In this document: positions 8,383-17,748 of the stretch, piece by piece
Layout: each line of letters starts with the position of its first letter
How positions within the stretch are numbered: position 1 is the stretch's first letter
DNA from: Candidatus Hadarchaeota archaeon
GTDB taxonomy: Archaea > CAYQAE01 > CAYVLA01
Direction: 5' to 3'
DNA: 64,000 bases
Assembly: GCA_964452145.1 (NCBI GenBank)
Contig: CAYVLA010000003.1
Span: 32,001-96,000 of the forward strand
Notes under the pieces: model-generated
Databases searched by the model: none
Told to the model about the DNA's origin: nothing
The model's input: only the letters and a program-made list of their open reading frames with translations
Translations under genes and position numbers: made by a program

Positions 8383-9627
8383 TCAGAGGACCGTGCCATG
8401 GGCAATCAATCTCCACCTGTACCCTATCCGTCTGCTGATGGCCGCCCGTGAGCCCGCCGAGGTGCAGACGGGCAGATGCAGTTTGATCTTAACTCTCTTC
8501 CCCGACATCTCGCTCACAACTCCTGCAGTCCTTGCCGTCCCAACGTTGAGCATCAACAGCTCGTTGGTCTTGATGGGGGTCACCTCGAGCTCCTCCTCGG
8601 TGCCCACGACTCTGTCCATCAGTTGCACATCTAGGCTGAGGTCATCCCATACATCGAACAACATCCCAGGATGCCCTGCGACGTGACCGACCAGTGCATC
8701 CGACTTGGTGAGCGAAGGATCCAGCATGGTTCCCACGCCGATGAGTCCCCCGGGCCCTGCATCCTCAACCCGGACGGTTCCTCGCATGATGGTTGAGACG
8801 AAGGTCACGATCGGTATCCATACCGCCTTTCCTCCCGTCTCTCGCCGGAGTCCGGGGCGGATCTCGATCTTGTCTCCTTTCCTGAGGGTCCCTTGGGAAA
8901 GCGTTCCCCCGATGACGCCGCCGACCATTGTCTCCGGGACGATGCCGGGCTTGTTGACGTCAAAGGATCGAGCCACCATCAGTATCGGGGGCTTGTCCGC
9001 AGCCTTGAATGGTGGCTTGAACTCCTCGTCCATGGACTTGACCAACACGTCGATGTTCGCCTTCTGCTGGGCGGACACGGGGATGATCAGGGGATTCCTG
9101 ATGCTTGACCGTGAGAGGAAATCCACTATCTCCCGGTGATTGCGCCGTGCCTGTTCCACATCCACCAAGTCGATCTTGTTCTGGACGACTATGAGATCCT
9201 TCACACCCAGGATCTCAAGGCCCCTGAGGTGCTCCTTGGTCTGGGGCTGCGGGCAGCGTTCATTTGCGGCGATCACAAGCATGGCGCCATCCATGATCGC
9301 TGCTCCCGACAGCATCGTGGCCATCAGCGTCTCGTGCCCCGGGGAATCCACAAAGGATACCTTCTTGACCGGGGCCGCCTCTCCGCCGCATGCCCTGCAA
9401 GTGGGCTCCGTCGTGTAGCACTCGGGCTCGCCGCACTTGGGACATTTGCGTATCACCGTGTCAGCGTAGCCCAGTCTGATTGTGATGCCCTTCTTGAGTT
9501 CCTCCGAGTGGGTATCCGTCCACACGCCTGACAGCGCCGCGGTCAGCGTGGTCTTTCCGTGATCGACATGGCCGACCATGCCAACGTTGACATGGGGGAG
9601 AGGCTTCTCCTGCGGATTCTCTGAGAT
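8383..9627 (-). CDS. eif2g: Translation initiation factor aIF2 gamma subunit (probable non-AUG start at ATC 9627; first canonical start at 9579)
   Basis: VNVGMVGHVDHGKTT, GITIRLGYA, DSPGHE, QNKID, ARSFDVNKPG, RWRLI. Confidence 0.95.
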   Translation of the reverse strand: MSENPQEKPLPHVNVGMVGHVDHGKTTLTAALSGVWTDTHSEELKKGITIRLGYADTVIRKCPKCGEPECYTTEPTCRACGGEAAPVKKVSFVDSPGHETLMATMLSGAAIMDGAMLVIAANERCPQPQTKEHLRGLEILGVKDLIVVQNKIDLVDVEQARRNHREIVDFLSRSSIRNPLIIPVSAQQKANIDVLVKSMDEEFKPPFKAADKPPILMVARSFDVNKPGIVPETMVGGVIGGTLSQGTLRKGDKIEIRPGLRRETGGKAVWIPIVTFVSTIMRGTVRVEDAGPGGLIGVGTMLDPSLTKSDALVGHVAGHPGMLFDVWDDLSLDVQLMDRVVGTEEELEVTPIKTNELLMLNVGTARTAGVVSEMSGKRVKIKLHLPVCTSAGSRAAISRRIGYRWRLIAHGTVL

Positions 9628-9638
9628 ATGGAGCCCCC

Positions 9639-10025
9639 CTATGCGCCCTTCTTCTGCAGGATCTCCTCGAGTGGCGTCTTGCCTTGCTCGATGACCAGCA
9701 TGTTCACCTGCTCTATGTCATCGGAGTAGATCTCGCCCTGCACGGTCTTGCGACGTCGCAGGCCATCCTTCCCTCTGGCAAAGCCCCGACCGACTTCCAG
9801 AAGCAAGGATGAACGCCCCATCTTGTGCACGCCCCGCCGCATCGCGAAGCCTTGCTTGTCGGTTCCCCCGGTCAGCCTGAGCTTGTATCCGGGCAGTCCG
9901 ACGAATCCCCCATCAACCTCTTCGCCGATCCTTCGGCCGGCTATCTCACCCAGCTTCCCTTTGTCCAACTCCATCGGGTGGCTTTTCCCCGTCTTGGGAT
10001 CGGATACTGTGATCTTGGGCAACAA
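9639..10025 (-). CDS. rps6e: 30S ribosomal protein eS6
   Basis: KITVSDPKTG, GYKLRLTGGTDKQGFAMR, GLRRRKTVQG, IEQVN. Confidence 0.95.
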   Translation of the reverse strand: MLPKITVSDPKTGKSHPMELDKGKLGEIAGRRIGEEVDGGFVGLPGYKLRLTGGTDKQGFAMRRGVHKMGRSSLLLEVGRGFARGKDGLRRRKTVQGEIYSDDIEQVNMLVIEQGKTPLEEILQKKGA

Positions 10026-10057
10026 ACCCCTCCGAGTGCGATTCAGGGTTCTAGACT

Positions 10058-11836
10058 CTAGACACCCCAGAATAAGTCCTGCTCCCTCTTCATCTTTATA
10101 AATTCTTTAAATGTTTCTATCTCGGAGGAACCCATGGTCGCCACAAGCTTCTCCTGAATCAGTTTGACGTCTTCCTGCGGTATCTCGACGTAGAGCTCGT
10201 CCTCCTCCTTCACGTTCCTCCCGATGACCGCGCCGTCGACCGAGATCGCCACATCCATCCCCTCGGTCGCCCTTTCCAGAGCCTTGGATTCCGACTGGAT
10301 CCCCTTGATCGTGCCTATCTTCACACCCTTGATGCTCACAAGATTCCGTCTTGGCTTCACCTCGCCGGACAGGATCCTTACGCCGAAGATGGCGGGCTTG
10401 GATTGCCGAAACACAAATCCTGGCAGAACCTGCATCCTGCAAGGCATGACGACCTTCTCGCGCAGAAGCTCAAGCTGGCGTTCCTCCCAGTCCTTGCGCC
10501 ACTTCTCATACGCGTCGAACATCTCGAAGATGATCCGGCTTTCGACGAGTTTCACCTTCCTCTCATCGCAGTATTCCCGCGCATCGCGCGCGACCCCCAC
10601 GTTGAAGGAGAGTATGGCTCCGAGAAGAGGGTCCTTCCTTCCCACTATCTCCGCATCGACCGCATCCCTCTTGGATACGTCCCCCACATCCGCTATTCTG
10701 ACCTTGATCCCGCGGTTCTTGAGCTGTCCAACTATCGCCTCCAGGGTACCCAGCGCATCGGCCTTGACTATAACGCCGACATCGTCGGTCCTGGTCCTGA
10801 TGCCCTTGACCTCCTCAGCGATGAGGTTGTCCACCCTCTCCTCCCCCCCTGGGGGAACCACGAACAGAGGAGAACCGCCCAAGGCATCTTCGAGACCCGG
10901 CGCCACCACCTTCACACCCGCCGCTGCCACGACTTCCTCCGTCTGCACGAAGCGCTCCCTGGGATCTCTCATCTCGTCCAGAGGCCTTGGCAAGAGAAGG
11001 GCGCGCACCTTGGTGTGGATGATGCCCCTCTGGCCGGAAAGCGCAATGCCGTCATTCCTCCTTATGATGCCGTCGTAGACGATGGCGTCCACCGTCATTC
11101 CCATAGCCTTGGTTTCCTTGACCTCGAGCACCGTGGCACGGCCTGGCCCTTCGACCTCGATCTTGAGCGATTCTTCTAGATACCTTTGGGTAATCCCGGC
11201 GATGAAGACCAACAACTCCGGTATGCCTTCCCCATCCTTGGCCGATATGGGTATGATGCAGATCTCCCGGGTGAAATCCTGCACCCGGTCGAATCTCTCC
11301 GACCGGTATCCCAGCTCGTGCAGCTTGCCTATCAACCTGTAGACCCGCTCATCCAGTTCCTCAACCTGTCTGCTGCCCTGGACTTCGAGGGACTCAGAGA
11401 TGCTTGAGCCCGGCTGGGGCCTCCAACCCGATATCCTGTCGATCTTGTTCAGGGCCACGAGGAAGGGCGTCTTGAAGATCCTCAGGATCTCCAGCGCCTC
11501 CCTGGTCTGAGCCATGATGCCCTCATTCACATCGATCACTAGGACGGCCAGGTCGGCGATGGAACCTCCTCTCCGCCTCAGGTTCGTGAAGGCTTCGTGG
11601 CCCGGCGTATCAATGAAGAGAAGGCCGGGGATGTCTATTCTGAAGCCTCTCTTTTCAAGTAGCGGTCCGCTCACCTTCCTTATGACATCCAGAGGCACGT
11701 ATGACGCCCCGATTGCCTGCGTTATGGCGCCGGCTTCCCTGGCCGCCACCGTCGTCCCCCGTATCCTGTCCAGTAGGCTGGTCTTTCCGTGGTCTACGTG
11801 ACCTAGAACTGAGATCACGGGCTGCCTAAGGGTCAC
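10058..11836 (-). CDS. infB: Translation initiation factor aIF5B (IF-2)
   Basis: LRQPVISVLGHVDHGKTSLLD, EAGAITQAIGA, IDTPGHEAFTNLRRRGGS, NKID, C-terminal FWG. Confidence 0.97.
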   Translation of the reverse strand: MTLRQPVISVLGHVDHGKTSLLDRIRGTTVAAREAGAITQAIGASYVPLDVIRKVSGPLLEKRGFRIDIPGLLFIDTPGHEAFTNLRRRGGSIADLAVLVIDVNEGIMAQTREALEILRIFKTPFLVALNKIDRISGWRPQPGSSISESLEVQGSRQVEELDERVYRLIGKLHELGYRSERFDRVQDFTREICIIPISAKDGEGIPELLVFIAGITQRYLEESLKIEVEGPGRATVLEVKETKAMGMTVDAIVYDGIIRRNDGIALSGQRGIIHTKVRALLLPRPLDEMRDPRERFVQTEEVVAAAGVKVVAPGLEDALGGSPLFVVPPGGEERVDNLIAEEVKGIRTRTDDVGVIVKADALGTLEAIVGQLKNRGIKVRIADVGDVSKRDAVDAEIVGRKDPLLGAILSFNVGVARDAREYCDERKVKLVESRIIFEMFDAYEKWRKDWEERQLELLREKVVMPCRMQVLPGFVFRQSKPAIFGVRILSGEVKPRRNLVSIKGVKIGTIKGIQSESKALERATEGMDVAISVDGAVIGRNVKEEDELYVEIPQEDVKLIQEKLVATMGSSEIETFKEFIKMKREQDLFWGV

Positions 11837-11871
11837 CTCGGTCCACTCTCCCTTCGACGCGGCGGGAAGCG

Positions 11872-12339
11872 CTAGACCTTGTAGATCGATGAGGATGGAA
11901 GGTCGTAGTCGAAGATCTCCTCGTCCTTGAAGAAGAAGGCCATCTCCCTCTTCGCCTTCTCCGGGGAATCCGAAGCATGGACGAGGTTGAAAATCACGGT
12001 GCGTCGCTCTATGGCAAGATCTCCCCGAATCGTGCCGGCCTCTGCCTCTGCAGGGTCGGTGGCGCCCAGCATCTTCCTCACCACGGCGACCGAGTTCCTC
12101 CCTTCAACGACCATGGCCACGCTCGGTGCAGAGGATACGTAATTCACGAGCAGATCATAGTAGGGTTGTCCCGTATGCTCTCCGTAGTGAATCTCTGCCT
12201 GCTTCCTGTCAAGCCACACAAGCTTCAGAGCGGCTATCTTGAGTCCCTTTCTCTCCACCCTTGCAATGACCTCGCCGATGAGGCCTCGAAGCACCCCGTC
12301 GGGCTTGATCAGGAGCAGGGTCCTCTCCTGGGGGGCCAT
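11872..12339 (-). CDS. ndk: Nucleoside diphosphate kinase
   Basis: ERTLLLIKPDGV, GATDP, GTIRGD, NLVHASDS. Confidence 0.97.
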   Translation of the reverse strand: MAPQERTLLLIKPDGVLRGLIGEVIARVERKGLKIAALKLVWLDRKQAEIHYGEHTGQPYYDLLVNYVSSAPSVAMVVEGRNSVAVVRKMLGATDPAEAEAGTIRGDLAIERRTVIFNLVHASDSPEKAKREMAFFFKDEEIFDYDLPSSSIYKV

Positions 12340-12340
12340 G

Positions 12341-12712
12341 CTACCCTTCCTCCTTTCCGTCCTCTTTCCGGGTAGTCTCCTCAGCGGCTGCTTCCTCGGC
12401 TCGCCCGGTCGATTCGGTTCCAGCCCCAGCTCCGCCCATCTTCCCCCTGGAGTCCTCCTTCTTGGTGCCGGGAACCTCCCCGTGGGCTTCCGAGCCCGCC
12501 TCCTGGGCTCCGGCGGATCGCGGCGGCGAAGGACCTCTCTCGTAGAACAGGGTCCACTTCATCTTTCGGGCCTTCCGGCCAAGCCGCAGCATATTGCGTT
12601 CGCATCGGCGGCTGCAGAAGTATGATCGCTGATTGTCATTTCTGACGTACATCAGCCCCGTGCCAGGATCTATCTGCTTGCCACAGAAGGAGCATGTTAG
12701 ATTCAGCGGCAA
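12341..12712 (-). CDS. rpl24e: 50S ribosomal protein eL24 with low-complexity C-terminal extension
   Basis: CSFCGKQIDPGTGLMYVRND...FCSRRC...RKARKMKWT. Confidence 0.93.
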   Translation of the reverse strand: MPLNLTCSFCGKQIDPGTGLMYVRNDNQRSYFCSRRCERNMLRLGRKARKMKWTLFYERGPSPPRSAGAQEAGSEAHGEVPGTKKEDSRGKMGGAGAGTESTGRAEEAAAEETTRKEDGKEEG

Positions 12713-12724
12713 AGACGAAACCCC

Positions 12725-12943
12725 CTAAGGAGTGGATATCTCCCTGGCCTCTCGCTCCGTCTCGCGAAGCATCAGGATGTCCCCGAGGCGGACGGGGCCC
12801 TTCGTGTTACGTCTGATTATCCTGCCCTTGTCCCTTCCACCCAGTATTCGGCATCTCACCTGAAGAACCTCACCGTACACGCCGGTCCGGCCTCGGATCT
12901 CGATGACCTCTGCAGGAGTGGCGTCGGTCTGTGCCTCCTCCAT
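12725..12943 (-). CDS. rps28e: 30S ribosomal protein eS28
   Basis: [25 protein letters not shown]...[20 protein letters not shown]. Confidence 0.96.
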   Translation of the reverse strand: MEEAQTDATPAEVIEIRGRTGVYGEVLQVRCRILGGRDKGRIIRRNTKGPVRLGDILMLRETEREAREISTP

Positions 12944-12981
12944 TCCTCCTCACCCGCCAGATCGAACAAGGCCCCGGAGAA

Positions 12982-13548
12982 CTACTCCTTCTCCGACTCG
13001 CCCTCGGCCTTCTTCTCCTTCCTGGGTCGAGCCTTCCGTTTCGCTGGCTTCTTCTCCTCTGCCTCGTCCTCGGCTTCTTGCTCCTTCTCTTCTTTTGCCT
13101 CACCGGCCTCCTCGGCTACCTCGGCGGGCTCCTCAGGAACCGCCTCTTCCTTCTCCTTCCTCTCCTTCTTCGGAAGCGGCTCGCCCTTGGACAATGCCTC
13201 GAGGCTGTCGATTATCTCCTTCAGCTTCGCGGCCGCCTTCCCGGTCTTAATGACCGCGACTGAGGCCGTTGAGACCTCAAGACCAGCAGAAACACCGAGT
13301 TCATCCTTGCTGGGGACGACGATGAATGGCGTCCTCTTCTCCTTACAGAGCAGGGGCAGATGAGCGATGACCTCCTCTGGCTGAACATCCTTCGCGAGGT
13401 ATACCAGCTTTGCCTGGCCCCGCTCAACGGTCTTGGTGACCTCGTTGGACCCTCTCTTAATCTTCCCGGTATCCCTTGCCAGTTCCAGAGCGTCGTACGC
13501 GTCCTCTGTCAGTTCCTTGGGAACCTCATACTCATCGAACAACGTCAA
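12982..13548 (-). CDS. rpl7ae: Ribosomal protein L7Ae (eL8) with long Glu/Lys-rich C-terminal tail
   Basis: ARDTGKIKRGSNEVTKTVERGQAKLVYLAKDVQPEEVIAHLPLLC; TTG start after GGAGGTG. Confidence 0.95.
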   Translation of the reverse strand: MTLFDEYEVPKELTEDAYDALELARDTGKIKRGSNEVTKTVERGQAKLVYLAKDVQPEEVIAHLPLLCKEKRTPFIVVPSKDELGVSAGLEVSTASVAVIKTGKAAAKLKEIIDSLEALSKGEPLPKKERKEKEEAVPEEPAEVAEEAGEAKEEKEQEAEDEAEEKKPAKRKARPRKEKKAEGESEKE

Positions 13549-13637
13549 GACGACACCTCCGCCAACCCCGATGCTCGTCGACCCTGGGATCGATGCTAGG
13601 GATTGCTAGGGGCTTTGTCAACCACCGGGAAAGTCGA

Positions 13638-13652
13638 CTCTTAAATTGTTTC
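13638..13652 (-). promoter_or_regulatory. Candidate BRE/TATA promoter of the rpl7ae cluster
   Basis: Minus strand GAAACAATTTAAGAG about 95 nt upstream of the L7Ae start, overlapping the IDI-2 stop codon; the only AT-rich patch locally. Confidence 0.5.
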
Positions 13653-14735
13653 ATGGGCCTTCCGTGCCTGACTCCTTCGGGAGAATCTGGCAACGTTGAT
13701 TCCCCGGTCCAACAACCAGCCTCTCAGCCAACCCACTATGACGACGTTCGCCCTCCTGAGCGAATCCAGATCGCGTGACCCCGTCAGAAACATCACCGCC
13801 TTCGTTTGGGCTCGGAAGAGCGAGACACACTTCTCCAACTCCGCCTCCCCCTTCCAAAGAGCCTTCAGCGCCGGCAATGCCGTCCCGGCGCACTTGGCGC
13901 CCAGTGATAGGGCCTTGGCTAGGTCCAACCCGCTCCTAATGCCGCCGCTGGCAATCACGTTCATCCTCGGCAGAGAGGCAACCTCCACCAGACTGGCAGC
14001 GGTGGGCATCCCCCAATCAGCGAGGGAATCGGCTAAAGCCTTGCCAACCTGGTCCTTGGCTCTCTGAGCCTCAACCGCTGCGAAACTTGTGCCCCCCATG
14101 CCCCCCACATCGACCCACTCAACACCGACCTCCTTTAGAGAGATGGCAACCTCTCTAGATATGCCGGCCCCCGTCTCCTTCACCACTATGGGCCATCTCG
14201 ATTGCGATCTGAATTCCTCGATTGCGGAAAGACCTCGGGAGAATGAGGTCTCCCCCTCTGGCTGCGTCGCCTCGTGGAGAGGGTTCAGATGAATCGCCAC
14301 GGCGTCCACCTCGGTCCTCTCCATGGCATCGAAGACGGGGCCGAACTCCAGACCCAGAAGCTGTGGCAAGCCGATGTTGCCCACCAAGAGAACGTCGGGG
14401 GCAAGGTCCCTGACCTGGAAAGTTTCAGCGAGTCGGCCATCCTCGATCATGGCGCGCATGCTTCCCAACCCAAGGCCGATGCCCTCCTTCTGTGCAACCC
14501 TCGCCAGGGAACGGTTGATCTCCTTTGCCCCCTCGTAGCCCCCGGTCATCGCGCTGATCATGAGGGGCAGGGAGAGCCTCCTTCCCAGTATCGAACAGGA
14601 TGTGTCCACATCGCGTCTGTCCAGCTCGGGAAGGGCCTTATGGATGAAGCGGACGCAGTCGAACCCTGTACTCCCCGCTTCCACATCTTCCTCCAACGCG
14701 ATCCTCACGTGGTCGGCCTTCCTTGCACTGATCAT
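13641..14735 (-). CDS. fni: Type 2 isopentenyl-diphosphate delta-isomerase
   Basis: RKADHV, ISAMTGG, GLGSMRA, HLNPLHE..QPEG, IVVKETGAG, GGTSFAAVE, ASGGIRSG. Confidence 0.95.
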   Translation of the reverse strand: MISARKADHVRIALEEDVEAGSTGFDCVRFIHKALPELDRRDVDTSCSILGRRLSLPLMISAMTGGYEGAKEINRSLARVAQKEGIGLGLGSMRAMIEDGRLAETFQVRDLAPDVLLVGNIGLPQLLGLEFGPVFDAMERTEVDAVAIHLNPLHEATQPEGETSFSRGLSAIEEFRSQSRWPIVVKETGAGISREVAISLKEVGVEWVDVGGMGGTSFAAVEAQRAKDQVGKALADSLADWGMPTAASLVEVASLPRMNVIASGGIRSGLDLAKALSLGAKCAGTALPALKALWKGEAELEKCVSLFRAQTKAVMFLTGSRDLDSLRRANVVIVGWLRGWLLDRGINVARFSRRSQARKAHETI

Positions 14736-14807
14736 TCCAACCGACCCCTTCTCCTTGCCGCCCAATATCGAAGCCCTCCGCCCTAGTTCATTGCCGCCGA
14801 GCAGAGG

Positions 14808-15191
14808 CTAGATCCTCTCCACGGTGCCCTCGTCACCATCAACCCTGAGCCTATCGCCGCTTTTAAGTTGGGAGATACCTACCCCGTCCACGCAAGGTAT
14901 CCCTGCAAGTATGGCTCCGGTGGCAACTATGGTCTCCGTCTCCTTGTTCACGATGGCTGCTGGAGCAACACCGTTCTTCTTCAACCCGTAGATGACATAC
15001 GATCCCACGGTGGAGCCCTTCCCACACGGGAAGATCAGGATCTTCCCTGTCACGCGCTGGCCCTCTAAGGGGTGTCCCTTTTCTATGACCACGCCGGTCT
15101 TCGCGTCGATCCCGCCGTAAAAGCCGATGGGATCCGGAGACACCAATGCCTCACCCTCCGCCGTCCCCGGACTAATCGCCCGCCCCTTCAT
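14808..15191 (-). CDS. Phosphomevalonate dehydratase small subunit (AcnX swiveling domain, DUF126)
   Basis: GEALVS..PIGFYGGID..TG, GKGSTVGSYVIY, ETIVATGA; coupled to the AcnX large subunit. Confidence 0.9.
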   Translation of the reverse strand: MKGRAISPGTAEGEALVSPDPIGFYGGIDAKTGVVIEKGHPLEGQRVTGKILIFPCGKGSTVGSYVIYGLKKNGVAPAAIVNKETETIVATGAILAGIPCVDGVGISQLKSGDRLRVDGDEGTVERI

Positions 15192-16375
15192 CGTTCAAGC
15201 CTCCTGATCAGTTCGTCCACGTTGTGGAAGACGACGTTTTGCTGGCAGAAACCGGGCAGATATGCAGCGGCCTTGCCCGAGTTGACCGCTGTGGTCTTGA
15301 AACCCATCTTCTCTATGGGAGATACGACCATGCAGGTGTCGGCCACGATCTTGCCTCCCGCAGCCTCGATCTTCCCAGTGAAACCCATCAGATCGGCCGC
15401 CTCCTTCATCACCCTGGATGTGCAGATCCACATGGGCCTCCTGAGCGTCTTCCCGTCGAGCTTGGCGGCAAGCTCTCCTATCTCCCTCAAGGAGGCGTGG
15501 GGGCAGCCGAGGATCGCGATGTCCGGCAGCGTACCCGTGTTCAGCTTCTCGTAGGTAGCCTCAAGTTCTTTCTCGGTCACCTCGATGGTTTCCAGTCCTT
15601 CTGCCTGTACCAGCCTTGATTCGGGGGTCAACCCCTCTGCATGGTAAAGTGCAACCGCCCCCGAGGCCGCCATCGCCGCACCGAGAGCCTTCAGCTGGTC
15701 GACGTTGGGATTCTCCAGGCCGACGAAGTACGGTATGCCGTTCTTCACGATCTTCCCCACATAGTGACCCAAGGCCCCGAAGTCCGAGTTGTATTTCAGC
15801 TTCGCACCTACCTTGACCAGAAAGTTGGGAGCCCGGTTCCCATCTAGATGTAGGCCGTAGTTCGGGGTCACGCCGCATATGGCGGCTGCCAGGGCGGAAG
15901 GGCCTCCTTCCCGGTTGGTCCTTGCACCGATGACGGAGTTGGCGAAGGAGACCGCGGAGGATTCGGACCAGGCAATGTGCTCGGCAAATCGTGGAAGGTT
16001 GCCCGCAAGGTAGGGAGTACAAGTCGCAGTAACGACGATGCCCATCTTCCGGAAGGCTTCCATGATGTTGACCTGCTTGTCGGCAAAATCCTCCGGGAAT
16101 CCAAGGACCCTCCAAGCTTCCATGTCCATTCCGGCCGGGTTCAGGTAGGTCAGGACCCGCACCTTGGCTCCCAGTCTGACGTAGTCCTCGAGGAACTCCA
16201 ACCCCGGGTCACCTATGGATTTGTAGGACACCCCCGCCACCTGAACGGAGCCGACGGGAATCATCCTGTCGGCACCGTAAATCTCGCCGAGCCTGACCAG
16301 AAGCCGGAAAGATCGTTCCACCACCTCCCCCTGTTCCCCGCCAAGCATTGCTTCCTGCTCTTGGGTCAGGTACAA
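15188..16375 (-). CDS. Phosphomevalonate dehydratase large subunit (aconitase X, DUF521)
   Basis: MYLTQEQEAML, AGVSYKSIG, TCTPY, AWSESSAV..ANSVIGARTNREGGP, GCPHAS, DTCMVVSP, NSGKAA. Confidence 0.92.
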   Translation of the reverse strand: MYLTQEQEAMLGGEQGEVVERSFRLLVRLGEIYGADRMIPVGSVQVAGVSYKSIGDPGLEFLEDYVRLGAKVRVLTYLNPAGMDMEAWRVLGFPEDFADKQVNIMEAFRKMGIVVTATCTPYLAGNLPRFAEHIAWSESSAVSFANSVIGARTNREGGPSALAAAICGVTPNYGLHLDGNRAPNFLVKVGAKLKYNSDFGALGHYVGKIVKNGIPYFVGLENPNVDQLKALGAAMAASGAVALYHAEGLTPESRLVQAEGLETIEVTEKELEATYEKLNTGTLPDIAILGCPHASLREIGELAAKLDGKTLRRPMWICTSRVMKEAADLMGFTGKIEAAGGKIVADTCMVVSPIEKMGFKTTAVNSGKAAAYLPGFCQQNVVFHNVDELIRRLER

Positions 16376-16378
16376 GGA

Positions 16379-17656
16379 CTAGCCTCCTAGGTACTCCTTC
16401 AGATCTATCTTCAGGGGCAGATCGGGTCTCCTGAATTCCTTCGGGTCTCGATCTCCCGGGATCGTCAGATCAAACCCCATCTTGGTCGTCATCCGTGTCT
16501 CCAGATCGGACGAGGGATCTAGGGAGGATCCTTTCTCCCGCCTCATCACAGTGTCCCGATCTCCCTGGTACCTCGTGGCCATCGCCCACTCTATCTCCTC
16601 GGGTTTGTGGATGTCGATGTCGTCGTCCAGAACGAAGACATGCTTCATGGACTTGTGGCCCTGGAACGCCGCCTCGATCGCCTTTCTCCCATCGTCGGCT
16701 GACTTCTTCCGAATGCTGATGGCCCCATGTAGCCATGAACATCCGCCCGGCGTCACCAGGACATCTTTCACATCGCAGACCTTGGCCACCTCCCGGTATA
16801 TGCTGGGCTCTCGAGGCATGCCCATCAGAACCTTGTGCTCCAGCCCTCCGGGGAGCAGGCCGTGGAAGATCGAATCCGGTCGGGCAAAGATCCTCTTGAC
16901 CCGGGCCACCCTTTGCTTCCTCACTATATCCGGTGTCTCCGTCAGATCCAGGAAGGGCCCCTCGTCGTGCATCTCTCCGGTCAGCTCCATTATCATGACG
17001 ATCTCCGACTGGGGAACCACATGCCCCCCGAGTTCGATCACCTGTGTCTCGTGAAGAGCATTGGAGATCGCCAACTCATGCACTCCCGTCGCCTCCGAGA
17101 TGGCCGCTCCAATCAGGACCGGTATCGAGTTTCCGATGCAGAAAGCGAACTCCTTCAATCCCCTCTCGATGTACTTGTCGAAATCGCGAGGCAGGATCCT
17201 GTAGACGAACCTGTCCTTTCCCAGGACCATGCCCCTGTGATAGGAAGCGTTGATGCCGTATTCGGGGTCCTTGGCTATCACAACTCCCGAGGCTACATAT
17301 GGGCCGCCGTCGAACGGGTAATAGGTGAGTATGGGTATCCGGCCGAGGTCGGGCTTCATCTCCATGTAGCCCTTCGCCTGGACAACATCGGGTTCTTTGG
17401 GGTGCTCTATCGCGGCCATCATGGTTCTCAGGACCTGATCCACCCTGACCCCAAGCCCGAGTGCCACCAGCTCCCTCGTCGAACATATGTTCGCCACGAC
17501 CTGCATGCTGTGGCTTTCAACCTTCTCAAAGAGCAGGGGAGTGCCGTCCATCATCTTCATTATCGTCGGTATCTCGTACTTGGGGCTCGCAGGCTTCCTC
17601 ACCCTCACGAGCAGCCCCTTTTCGTCCAACAAGCCAACGAACTCTCTGAGGTTCAT
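16379..17656 (-). CDS. UbiD-family prFMN decarboxylase; probable trans-anhydromevalonate 5-phosphate decarboxylase
   Basis: MNLREF, NASYHR, EGPF, GGCSWLH, DDDIDI, WAMATRYQ, GSSLDPS; sits between MVK and AcnX. Confidence 0.88.
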   Translation of the reverse strand: MNLREFVGLLDEKGLLVRVRKPASPKYEIPTIMKMMDGTPLLFEKVESHSMQVVANICSTRELVALGLGVRVDQVLRTMMAAIEHPKEPDVVQAKGYMEMKPDLGRIPILTYYPFDGGPYVASGVVIAKDPEYGINASYHRGMVLGKDRFVYRILPRDFDKYIERGLKEFAFCIGNSIPVLIGAAISEATGVHELAISNALHETQVIELGGHVVPQSEIVMIMELTGEMHDEGPFLDLTETPDIVRKQRVARVKRIFARPDSIFHGLLPGGLEHKVLMGMPREPSIYREVAKVCDVKDVLVTPGGCSWLHGAISIRKKSADDGRKAIEAAFQGHKSMKHVFVLDDDIDIHKPEEIEWAMATRYQGDRDTVMRREKGSSLDPSSDLETRMTTKMGFDLTIPGDRDPKEFRRPDLPLKIDLKEYLGG

Positions 17657-17748
17657 TCCATTCCTCCGTGTCCTGCCGTCAATCGGTGCCGGCTCGAAAT
17701 ATATTTGTATCGGCATTTGTCGTGTTCATCATCGTCAACTGACGAATC

